NCBI RefSeq assembly: GCF_947568905.1
Contig: NC_079164.1
Coordinates: 72,292,001-72,356,000 of the forward strand
DNA from: Ostrea edulis
Lineage: Eukaryota
Direction: 5' to 3'
Length of the DNA stretch: 64,000 nucleotides
The translations under genes were made by a program, and so were the position numbers. Below the pieces are notes generated by a model, which was not told the DNA's origin, made no database searches, and was given only the letters and a program-made list of their open reading frames with translations. Positions 15,222 through 28,200 of this stretch are shown one piece after another; within the stretch, counting starts at the first letter, position 1, and every line of letters begins with the position of its first letter.

Positions 15222-16220
15222 GTAAAATATAAAAATCAAAAGTTTTAAGCAAGCAGAAGAACATGCTAACATTTCTTGGAATGATAGTCATCATAAACAG
15301 AAACCCTTATTGCTGAATCAGATCTAAGGTTATAGTTATATTTGTCAAGAAATGCAGCAACTGTTACACGCTTGATTTACTTTATAGCAATCAGGTAACC
15401 TCTGCGATAATTAATCTCACTAAATAGTGTCAGTATTTGACTATTTGAACAAGCCTATTTCTCAGTCCGTTCATAAATTTTTGGAAGTTGACTTTGCTAC
15501 CACAAAAACTAGATTAAGTTAGGATGACACCCCACCCTGTAATGGCTGCAATCATAAATCACTAGTTCTAAGTGAGAGAACCAGTTTATGAGTAACAGGA
15601 TATATATTTTAACACCTCTTTGCAGTAGGCTTTCATTGGAGAGTTATTTAGAATCTCTAAGGAGCTCAGGAGTCTGGTCAATAAAGCTTTTGTGAAGAAG
15701 TTGATGCAGTGATTTATAAGAAGACAGATGACCTTTGATGGCTTTCTTTTACTACTGCAATAATTTAACTTTTTGTCAAAACATCTGTTTTATGGCTGTT
15801 CTACATTTGCGAGATAAATGCACTTATTTGAATGGCTGTAGATGTCTATTTTAACTGATACTATAGTATGTACACCGGGTAATCACTTGAATTATATTAC
15901 TCCGTATTGTAACTAAATTATTTCTATATATTTGGCTGACAATGAATTGTAATCGATGAAATATGAGGTTTCATAATTAATAAAGTTCCCTTTACTGTAT
16001 TTGAAACAAAAAGACATGACTGTTAGCAATTTATGCAAACTCATGGTGTAGGTTATCGGAGAAGTTATTTTCACATAATTAAATGAACAGATTAAAGATA
16101 AACATAGGAGCATACCTGAGGACCTGAATTTTTTTTATATCCCGTCCTAAAGCGGTCGGGGGCATACAAGGTTCCTCCCTCCTCTTGCCATTTTTATACC
16201 CCCCGAACGAAGTTCTAGGG

Positions 16221-16261
<41 letters not shown>

Positions 16262-19200
16262 GCAGATTCGTGTCCTGGCCATAACTTCTTTGTTCTTTGA
16301 CTTAAGCATACCATATTTGACACCATGAGACGATGTGTCAAGTACCTTCATGACCTCTATATGACCTTGAACTTTGACCTGAAGGTCAAAATTGATTATA
16401 GGGTTTTGACATAGTCATACCATAAGACATGAGTGTATCACCATGAGACTATGTGTCATGTACATTCATGACCTCTTTATGACCTTGACCTTTGATCTCA
16501 AGGTCAAAATTATAGATTTATGCCATGGATTTGTGTTCGGTCTATATCTTCCATTTTCTTCTACAAAGGCATACCATATTTTTACACTCAGGAAAGAGGT
16601 AATTTATACCTATTAACAACACCCTTTGGGAGATTGGGGTAAGCGGGGGATATTCTTAGTGAGCATTGCTCACAGTACCTCTTGTTCCATCTTCTGTCAT
16701 GGTGGTAGATTTCCAGACTTTTTTCTATGTACTATGCTGGCAGATAGTGAGCTGCTGATTTTTGTTATATAGATGTATATTGATAAGTTGCAGACTAAGT
16801 GTATAAGTTCACTTAAATTGATCTACTTTCAGGAGAGATCTATAAATACTTCATAAAGTTGATTGATTGATTGAATATTGTTTAAAGTCCCTCTAGAGAA
16901 TCTTTCACTCACATGGAGACATCACCATTACTGTGGAAGGGCTGCAAAATTTAGACCTATATATGCTCAGCGCTTACGGCCTTTGAGCAGGGAGGGATCT
17001 TTATCGTGCCACATCTGCTGTGACACGAAACCTTGGTTTTTGTGGTCTCATCCAAAGGACTGCCCCATTTAGTTGCCTCTTACGACAAGCAAGGGGTAAT
17101 GAGGACCTATTCTAACCTGGATCTCCACAGGGCATGAAGTTGAGAAGGGGGGGGGGGGGGGGGGGCATTATTGCACTATGGTTGCTTTATTGTACAGTTG
17201 AACTTCAGTATTTCGAACACCAATATTTCGAATACCATGGATATGCCAAAGTGATTCGGAAGTCCCAACTACTTATTCTTTTAAGTATTTTACCCTCGAT
17301 ATCTCAAATTCTTAGATATCTCAAAGTTTCCATCGAGTTTGAGATAACGAGGCTTGACTGTATCTGAAAATAAAAAGATATATTCAAATTTTCATATGCA
17401 GAGTTAGAATTTTAAAGCTAAAACCTCAAAATGTATATTTTATTCAGGGTATGTCCTTGCATTAAATACAATTATTGACATTTTTTAGATCAATACAATG
17501 ATTTAGTTACCTGAGAAGTAGACTATTGTACCGTTAGGGTGGCTAAAACATTTTATTATACCTCAGTATGAGAATTCTATGCAACGTGCAATCTGATTGG
17601 TCTAGACGGTCACGTGCCAGGGTTGACAAAACTTCATATCTCCCTCTCAAACATCATATCTCCCTATCATATTTACCCCTTAGGCAGCCTCGTGCAATTT
17701 CCATAAATTTAACGTCAAGGTAAATGAAGTGTATTGTGACGTCACAATAAGTCATTCTACTTTCATAGTTCGTAAGGCAGAAAATATGCTGGTCTCTGAT
17801 ACACAGTTGAATCGCATGGTTTTGATTGATACAAAAACAAGTAAGTAAATTAACATTTAAGGAGAATGGAAATACAAAAACTGGTTATCATATCACTGTA
17901 TTTCGTTGTTTGTACCCTCTACCGTAATATGTTGACGGCGCGGTGTTACCGTTAGGACGATCTCAGCTACATACAATGTATAGATGAGCGGACTCCAATT
18001 TCACATGCACTTTTGTAGTTTTGTTTCGGTATAATAAACAATTTATTGCATGAATGTTTGGGAGATATGAAGATTTATTCACCCAAGAAAAATCATATTC
18101 CCATCGGGCTTTGCCCTCGGGGAATATGATTTTTCTTCATATCTCCCTCACTATCATGCAATAAATGTATAATATTGACCAAGAAAATGTCAATGATTGT
18201 TTTATCATATCATGGATTGAACACTAAAGTGCAAGACATGGTCAAAAGCAATTAAAGGTGCAGGTTCTCATTGGATGACTAAAAATTCAGAGCTGATTGT
18301 ATGAATTTGAGAATTCTTATTTAATTTGGTCCAATATTGGAAAAATCAAATGTTGTATATACCTCAAAGGTATATGAAGGTGAATATTATGTTCTGTATC
18401 TTCTAGATTGTTGAATCTCGACAGCCAATCAGAAAGCTTGGAATTATTTTAGCTTATGAATTTTGTTGTTGACCCACTTAATAAGTTCAAACAGGCACTC
18501 AATTTTCTTTTACAAAAGTGAATACTGCAAATAAATGTGAAGATGTGGTATAGAATTCAGGGTGCAAAATGTAGGCATTTTCGCATAAATTTTCCACCTT
18601 AACTGGGTGCAGTGGTCTAGTAGATGACCCCTATTGATTTTCAGATCAAAAAGGTCAGAATTTATGGTTGTATATAACTATTGGAGGTGTAAGATCTTGT
18701 GGCAATTTTCTTTAACTAGACTTGCAAAACAGTTTACTGAGTATCTGTTTAATGATTCTTTGTGACATTTTTATTTCATCCCTTGTTCATTCATAAAAAC
18801 TTTTATGTAGTAGTTAAGCGGGGCAAAACCATGTTATCATCTCGTGCATAAATCACAATAAAATTTGGCAGAAAGATTTAGAGAGGTCATGAGAAATGTT
18901 TTGACCTCCGATCACTGTGTACAAATTAAAAAAGAATTAAAAAACCTTTGTCCATAGAAATTATTTAGATTCTCAATGTGCTCCTATGAAATGCCCTGCA
19001 CAATGTTTATATTTTATTTTTTCCTTTAAGTCAATCTCAGCATGAGAGAAATTTGACCTGAGCCTCAGGTGATTGTATTTCTTGACACCATCTAAGATTA
19101 TATTGTTTGTTAATCCATGGAGTGACAGCCTTATCAATGATCCCATCCTTTCTTTTTGGTTTAATTACCACTAATATTTGAGCAACTCTGTGGGAGAATT

Positions 19201-22200
19201 AATGTGGGGTGTCTTGCTGCTTAGTACCCATTGAATAGTCATTATCAATAGCATAAAAGGAGCAAAGTTAAAGAATTAGACCTTCCTTCTAAATTCAACC
19301 ATTTAATCTCAGCTTTGGATCCTATCATTTTGAACAAAAGTAACAATATTAGAAAACATAGGCTATACTTGTTCGTTTTACGTCACTTTTAAAGGGACTG
19401 ACTCACGATTTTACCCAAAATTTTGTTTTTCACTTTTATTGATCAAAATCTACTGTCTAATGTGTTTGAAAGATTTCACATGAAAATTAAGGTGATACAT
19501 CATCACAGAATCTCATTTTAGTATATTTGTTTTGTAAACAAAGGTTGCGGTATGCTATTGTTTACGAACTTTTCAAAAGAAATGGATATCGATCTAAGTA
19601 TCTTTCATATTTCAATAATTTTTGGGGTGAAATATGTCATCTAAAAGTTAAAATTTGTTACTATGCAAAATTAAGATGCATTATATTGCATAATCAATAT
19701 TTCACTTGTTTGTTTACATAACACATATTTAAGGCTAAAGTATTACTTTTATTCTTGCATTCAGTAGGTCAAAATTTTGGCTGTTTACATTGAATGAGCT
19801 ATATTTCTAATGTTTAACATCAAAAATGAAAAATATTTTTATCAAAAATCGTGAACCAGTCCCTTTAAGAATATTTCAACACTTTTTACAGTATATTTCA
19901 TTCATATTCTTTGGGCACTTGGTTTAGGTACAGTTCTATAAAGATTGACCTACACAACTGACCCACTTAAAAGCATGACTATCCTGACACAGGACTTTGG
20001 TTTATATAATCTCTTTGGATGAACTAGTCAATTTATAGTATAGCTAAACATACTTCTGAATCCTAAATATTATATATATTAATTGTTATATTCTTAACTT
20101 AACCGGCACATAGTCATATCCTCCCCTTTTTTATAATTGTTTATTTTTTTCTCATATTTGTAAATTTCTTCTTCAATCATTTTGTTATATTTTCATGTAC
20201 TATATATTAATTTTATTCTGTCATAATTGACCTTTGACCTATGGAGAGGGCTTATATAGGCATTATGCCTGCTGCCTAATCCTATTTATGTATGTATTTT
20301 CTGTATATACATGAATAGAATACTGTTGAAATGAAACTAGTCGATTTCCACATCCCAATTTTAACTGTGATGTCATCATCACAAGCTACAGCTCAAACGT
20401 ACCCTCGTCAGAGGGGAAAGGAGCGTAGGTTTCAGGTGCGACTTGCGATGATGCTGTGATGTAGGGATCATCTCTTTACAATACAACACTAAGCCAACAT
20501 GCTGAGTACTCCAAAGTACACCATGGGAAAATGTTGTCCTGTAGTGCACCCCCCCCCCCCCCCATGGTCATTCAAAAAAAAAAAGAAATAAAAATAAAAA
20601 AAAAAAAGGAATTAAAAATGTGTTTATATGTGTGTACATGTATTTGTATAATTGAAAATTTATTTTCTCTTTTTTTGCAGACTTTGAAATTGTTCATCCA
20701 TTCATATCAGACACTTCAGGAAACCCTGTCTCACATGATAATTTCCATGGCAACAGATTCAAGCGAGACTCCTCAAGAAGAAACATATTATACCTCAATA
20801 TCACAGGTCAAGGTCATACATTTGAAATTCAATTGACTGAAAATGATAACCTTTTGGCTCCAGGATTTAAAGTATATCACAGGAAAAAGAGCAGACTATC
20901 CGGGAAAGTCATGGAAACCGAAGAAGCTGCCAGTGATCATCTTCAAACTGCGAGTTGTCACTACTCGGGAAATGTGCATTCTCATGGAGGAAAAGCGGCT
21001 TTGTCAATTTGTGATGGTTTGGTCAGTATTAAAAATAGAAGTGAAGTTTTTGAAATTAGAGGCATATAATTATTTTGGCCTGTCTGTCTACAACATTATA
21101 TTTTAAGTGAAGTCAAGACAAGTTTCTAAAATTATGTTTTTTACATTTTAATGATTTTACCAGTCCAAACAATGAAATGGGCTGTTACCTTTTACTAGTC
21201 AAAAGGAAGTTTTTAGTGGTCAAAACTTTCAGAGCAGTAGATTTCAGAAACTGGTCTAGCTTTTACCCAGGGTAGATGAAGGTCATTTCAAGGTCAAAGA
21301 TTGAATATTCCACAGTATACTTGGCCACTTTCGGTTTTTGTAGGTCCTTTTGAAAGGAAATGCAAAGGTCAGGAAAAGGTAGTAGACTTGGACTACAATG
21401 TATATAATTTTCATGTTTTTGTCAGAAAAAAATCATTGAAATTTAATTTGTGGTTTGAGAGATACTAGAGTAAATGGATTCAAAGAAATTGCATGGTTCT
21501 GTAGAAATTGGGGAATATGTGTATGTACATACATGATAGACCTGTGCAATTTTATTTCTCAGTTGGTCGAGTTGGATGACTTGTATTTTTCTGTGTACAT
21601 ATGAACATTTACTTCAGTTAATTTTTGAGAATCTCTTCTGAAAATTGCATGTACATGCTTTATTCTGATAGAAAATTCCCATATGATTTCAACCTTTACC
21701 ACATGACAAAGTTTTAAGTTGTGAAACCTTTTTTTTCAAAAATGAATTTACATTGATAATGAGCAGCTAAGTATTGGAAATGATGCAGAATTTTTTTTTG
21801 GGGGGGGGGGGGGGGGGGCTGTATATATTATGTTTAAGGGATCCATCATAAAAAGTGTAAAATTTCCTCCTTCAAAATAATTTTGAGTGCAAAAAAGGTG
21901 CATTGCTTGTTGTACATGTACTTTAATTTATAGATGGTAAATGATTAGAGATAAAAACAGTTTGAAAGATTTAAGACCACCCCACCTTTTTTTTCTTTTT
22001 TGCTACATGTGGAGTAAATTTAATATACTGATGGTTAGAGCATGAAGAATAAAAATGAAGGTAAATGAACAGTTCTAAGTAACATCTATCTCTGTATCGT
22101 TTTACTCGAGTCTGAAGTAATTATGGGTTATGGGGAGTGCAAGTGTCTGAAACCAGTCAAGGTTGCGTCTCATACAGGGAGATAAATATTGGCTTGAATA

Positions 22201-25200
22201 TGACTTGGAGCAAAATACCGGTAAGGGTTATAAAAAGAGTTTGAAATGAAATCTTTTTCTCTTTCATAGTTGTTAAACATGAATGAGAAAGTGTGGGTGA
22301 AAAAGTCACCAGATGTGTTCTGTGTAATCTTGTCAAAATATGTGAGCAGTTATATTAATAATGGTTAAAAACTTCTGCCCTATATACATAATGAATGTGT
22401 ATATGTGTGTAGATGTCGGCATTTATTGCTATTTTTTATCCTATAGTGACATAAGCTCTGAAATTTGAAGATTCATAATTCACAGAGTTTGACTCATTAT
22501 TTTTAATTTTTGCTGTCTTACATATACAAGTAACAGATGTTTGGATTGGCAGATCAGAAAGAGGTTTGGGATAAAAAAGGCATTTAAGAGGGACATTAAT
22601 GTCTTGTGAGTCTGTTCTGTCTTGTACGAACTTTAGATAGGGTGTCATTTTCTACAAAGGACAAACATTGGTTTCTTATGACAGTGCTATATATCTACGT
22701 CTTGTTTGAAATGGTCAGACTTTTATGGGTAAAGGTGTCGTATGTTGTGACTCACGAAGGGCGGCCAAGTTGTAACAGGCCAAATTTGATAATAATTCAC
22801 TAAGTTTCTTCATATTGTTGATGGCTTATTATAGATTTATGGTTCCATGAGATGAATTTTAAAGAATGTCTTTAATTGTTGAATTTTTACTAAATACATT
22901 GCAGTTAGAGTGTGGTCACTGTGCAAACAGCACAGGCAGACCTACATTTTATTATCTCACAAGACCATGCAAACTCAACAGACTGTCACTCTTTGCAACT
23001 GTTCAGAACTAAAGTTCACTCTTTGCAACTGCTCAGAACCAAAGGTCACTCTTTACAACTGCTCAGAACCTGAGGTCAATTTTTGCAATTGCTCGGAACC
23101 CTAAGTCACTCTTTGCAAATGCTCAAAACTAAATACCGTAATGTTCATAGCAGATATTTTTAAGACACAACTGAAACCCTTCTCTTTCATTCATTAAAGA
23201 ATCTGAAGCACTGTTGCAAGGAAATGTATGCACTCTGTAGCTATGTAATGCTGAATGCATGGTTTCTAGCACTGTATTGGCAGATGTGAATCTTGATTTT
23301 CTTCACTTTACTAAAGTTAGGTCTTAATGATTATAATTTTATTGATTCAGAAAAAGTAGCCAAAATTAGAACCCCTACCAATGCAATCACCCACTAAATG
23401 ATGGTTTTCCTGTATCGGGTAGTTTGAATGGAATTTCTAGCGCTTTGTAACTATGACCAATAGAGGACGTGCCTGCAATACATGGGGTTCATTGTAATTT
23501 CAAATGTGCCTGTAACACAGGGGGATTTATTGTAATTTCAGAATGGTATTATAAGAATAGCAGAAGAGGACTACATCATAGAGCCATACAAACAGCACAG
23601 AGTCAGACCTACATTTGATCACCTCTCAGGCCCACACAAACTTTACAGAAGGTCCACACTCAACACCAGACAGACACAATACTGTGGAAAATCTGCCCGA
23701 GGTTTGTTATATAATAACAGGTCCATTTCATCTGATAGAAAAATGTCTGCCTCATTGGAGTATTGTTCAGACCCTTCAAAGGACTAATTGTTAAAACCAG
23801 TAAAAGAAAGTTACCAGAGATATTCTATATCTCTTAGTAAACAATGTGAAATGTATACTTGATTTGACAGAAGTCATGTGTAACAAAATTAAATGATTCG
23901 CTGCTAAATATCACACGTTTACAGTGATTTTTGTTCTGCTTACCAATGATTTAAAATGAAATTAGAATCTGTATAGGTTTTTGCTTCTCAGATTGAAGAT
24001 TTGGGAAGGAAACATTTTGTTTTTGGTCAATCTGTCTACATCTATCTGAAACTTTGGTGTCTTCCCACTTAGCTAAAATTCTGAAACTTCAACCCTTGGT
24101 CATAACTTTTAAGCCATAAAAGATAAGGGACTTTACACTTGCTGAACTGAAAGGTCAAGGTCAAAGCTATATAGACAAGGTCATTCATCAATTTCAAAGT
24201 TAATTTGCCACAATTAAATGTGCCCATGCTGAGGATAATAGTTTCACCAACACATCTTGTTCATACTCTTTCCCAGATAAAAGAAGCACATCCTTAGTCA
24301 ATAGTGATAGTGACTTCAAAGTATCGGAGACAACTCTGACAAAAAAAGAGGATGATGAACCGCTGTGGAAAAAGTACCAGAGGGCTATCACAGAGCACGA
24401 GGAGCGGACTGTGGAAACGTTGGTGGTGGTAGACAAGACAATGTACTACAAACACGGCAAAGAGAACATCACCACATTCACTCTCACTCTGTTTAATATG
24501 GTAAGGAATAAAATCATATGCATATACATGAACTTCTGTGGCACAGTTAGAAAGGAAAATGATGAGTATCAATTAAAAACACTTTTTTAAAAAAAATGAA
24601 TACACTTTTCTTTTTTCAAAATAAATGCACAAGTGTTTTTTATACATGTAACGCGTAGTGTTTCTAATTTCTAAGAGTGTTTTATTCCTTTTAATTCAGG
24701 TTTCTGAATTGTTCACCGATCCTAGTCTGGGAGACAACTTGAATATTGTACTCGTGGGGCTCATTGTATTGGAGGGGGATGAGGTAGATATTTTTAACTA
24801 CAGATTTTAAGATGAGTACTGCAACACACTCAGATAATAAAAAATAATCCTCCTAAAATGAAATGTGCTTTTACAATGTAGTTATAAATGATTTACTGCA
24901 TGGATATAGATTGCTCCAGAAATTATATGAGGTATAGTACCATAAAACAAAATGTCTGCACATTTTGATAAATGAGCTGTTGACCTGTTTCATTCCACAA
25001 GCCTGGCTTGTCGATAGGATACCATGCGGACAATACCCTGAACAGCTTCTGCTCATGGCAATCTGTCTTAGTGGGAGCCAGTGGCCGACAACATGACCAC
25101 GCCATACTGCTGACAGGGCTGGACCTGTGCTCCTACAAAAATGCTCCCTGTGATACACTAGGTAATAGAAGAAGGAAAATAGTGCATATGTTGAGAAATG

Positions 25201-28200
25201 TGTGTGTGTGTTTAAGATACTAATATGTTTTATATATAGGTTGTTTTTGTGTCAATGCAAGGGAATTAATGTTTCTACTGTAAACTTCAAAATTTGTCAT
25301 TTAATTACGCTAAATGTGCAAGAAATATGTTTTGTGTAGTATATATATATTCTTGCACATAAGTTTACTATGCATTGAATTTTTTTAGTCAAAATTTAGC
25401 AATTGGGTTATTCCAAATTTTATTCTACATGTATGATTTGTTTGTAGGGTTTGCTCCAATAGAGGGTATGTGCAATAGAATCCGAAGTTGTACAATCAAT
25501 GAGGACACCGGACTTTCAACAGCATTCACAATAGCCCATGAAATGGGTCACAAGTAAGCTTCGATCTGTGCATTTTTTAAATTCACAATAGCCCATGAAA
25601 TGGGTCACAAGTAAGCTGCTGTGCAGTTTCTAAATTCGGTCAGAAGTTTTCTCACATGATAGTGTTACTGTGGTTCTCCAGTTGCTTTAAAAGCCACCAC
25701 TAAGTACTTCATAAAAAACCTCACAACAAATGGTTTCACATGCAAAGTGCTTATTTTCGTCTCAAGAAGCCAGGTCTTATAGTGCTGACGGTTATAGAAC
25801 GTTGGTGTTTATAAATTAACGTAATCTTATGCTATCAACATTGTAACAAAAATGATAAAGAGACTAGAGTTGAATTTGGATATGAAACTGACATTTATGT
25901 GATGACTTGTCATTTTTCTGTAAACTGTTTTCCGTCTAGTTTCTGACAAGGTTTTGTATTTTCATCGTGTCTGGTTTATGTTTTAGAAACAAAATACTGG
26001 CAGTAGTATGTGAGTTAATGATGTATTTCACAAATATATATGAAAAACAGATTTGGGTCATACTCAAAAGATTTACCTTGACAAATGACATTGGTGATGT
26101 TAAAAATGTTGACACAACTTTGCTAGATGTTTTAAGGAGATATGCATTAAACTGAATATTGCATCGTCACATTGTACCACTTGAGTATTATTTTGGTTAG
26201 AATTTTTAGTTCACCTGAGTCACTTGGGGTGACCTCTTGCTATTGGTTGGTGTCCTTCGTCATGTGTCATCCATTGTCAGTCATCTGTTATGTTGTCTGT
26301 CAGTTTAATATTTTTAATTTCTTTTTTATAACTACCCTTCCAATTCTTTTCAAATTTGGTATTAATCATCCCTAGGACAAGGGGGACATAAATTGTAAAT
26401 ATCAGGATTCTTGCATCAAAAACTGCCATATATTGGCCAATTTTCAAAAATCTTCTCTACAACTGCAGATTTGTAAGAAAAATAAGTTACTTTGGCAGAA
26501 AGGCCTCTTCCAAAAATTGAAAATTTCAAGATCCTCAGGGTAGAGGTTCTTGCTCCAGGGCAGGGCTAAATTTGACATAGGGTGTTTATTTGTAAACCAT
26601 CTAGATAACACCTTTAATGCTATTGATGTTAAATGGAAATTAAATAAATGAAGGAACAGGTAACCCTTTACTAAAATTGTAAATTTCATGATCCCGGGGA
26701 TAAGGATTTTGGTACCAGGGTGTGGCCAAAATGGTTATTGTGATTAAACATCTTTATCATTTTTAAGATTTCTTTTTTTGATTTTGTTGATACTATATGA
26801 AAACTAAATGCATATTAATTAAGGAAAAGTAGAAAGGGATGTACATGTACCAAGATTGTGAATTTTGAAATCCCAGGGTTCTGACTCTAGGGCAGGTCCA
26901 ATATAGTGTTTAAGTGTGTATTGTGTTATGAAAAGTCTTTTTTCAGTATGGGCACCTTCGGGACATTTTTGATTATAGAATACATCTTGTTTTATACTGC
27001 AGCTGAATATTAGAATTTAGCTTTATAGATAGGCAGAACAGAAATTATTATAGATCTTGCAGCCTTTGGGACTTATAAGTGATACTTTTTTAACTGCTAT
27101 TCAGGTGACCTATAAGGTCCGTAGGCCTCTTGTATGTACATACATCTGTAGATGGATAGATGGAGGAGGAGGAGGAGGAGGATGTTGATGATGATGTTTT
27201 TGTTGTTGATGAAGATGTTGATGATGATGGTGGTGATGGTGATGATGATGTTGATGATGATGAAGATTTTGATGATNNNNNNNNNNNNNNNNNNNNNNNN
27301 NNNNNNNNNNNNNNNNNNNNNNNNNNNNNNNNNNNNNNNNNNNNNNNNNNNNNNNNNNNNNNNNNNNNNNNNNNNNNNNNNNNNNNNNNNNNNNNNNNNN
27401 NNNNNNNNNNNNNNNNNNNNNNNNNNNNNNNNNNNGGAATGTTTCATGATGGAGAGGGAAACCGCTGCACGAAAACAACTGGAACACTGATGTCTCCCAC
27501 CCTGGTCAGCAAAGATGGTCAGTTCCATTGGTCACTCTGCAGTAAAACCTACCTGATGAAATTTATGAAGTAAGTTTAGATTTTAATATGAAAGTGTTAT
27601 CCACAGGTTTCTGCATGTTTAAGTTTATGTCAGCAGATGACACAATAAAGATCACATACATGTACATTCAGAGTTTGACATCATTTTCCAGTACTCCACA
27701 ATCAGAATGTCTGACAGACAAACCTACGAAGGTGACCGAGCTCCAGTTTCCTGTCAAATTGCCTGGGGAGCTATACGATGCAGACATTCAGTGTAAATGG
27801 CAGTTTGGGAGGCGAGCCCAACTCTGTACATATGACTTTGGTAAAGTGAGTCCTTTTTTATTATGTCACTAATTGATCCAGCAGGGTAACACTAATTAAG
27901 AAAGCATTTACAAATTAATAAAGATGAAAATCTGTTTTAAGTCTTCTCTAGATTAGTGTAATGCAGGGAACTAACTGTTTGGTTTATCGTTGCAGGATAT
28001 TTGTAAGTCATTGTGGTGTTATAGAGGGAAGAAGAGATGTGAGACTAAGTTCCTACCAGCAGCAGAAGGGACCTCTTGTGGTTATGGAAAGGTAAGGAAG
28101 TACATAAAGCTTGTATAAAAGCAGAGTTTTGCATATTTTATAAAGTACCTTTAGTTTTTGGTAAATAAAATCATTTTTTTTAAAACATCATTTCAACTGT

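Noticed and set aside
5724-21818. Long poly-C/poly-G runs (about 5724, 17148, 20549, 21800) as functional G-quadruplexes
   Set aside because: They are simple homopolymers whose length is error-prone in assemblies, with no positional pattern.
25001-25002. Non-canonical splice acceptor at exon 6
   Set aside because: It is an AAG acceptor, less common but canonical AG.
27097-27573. Acidic, poly-His or poly-Met ORFs spanning the gap
   Set aside because: They are translations of a trinucleotide microsatellite, and the frame across the Ns is arbitrary.
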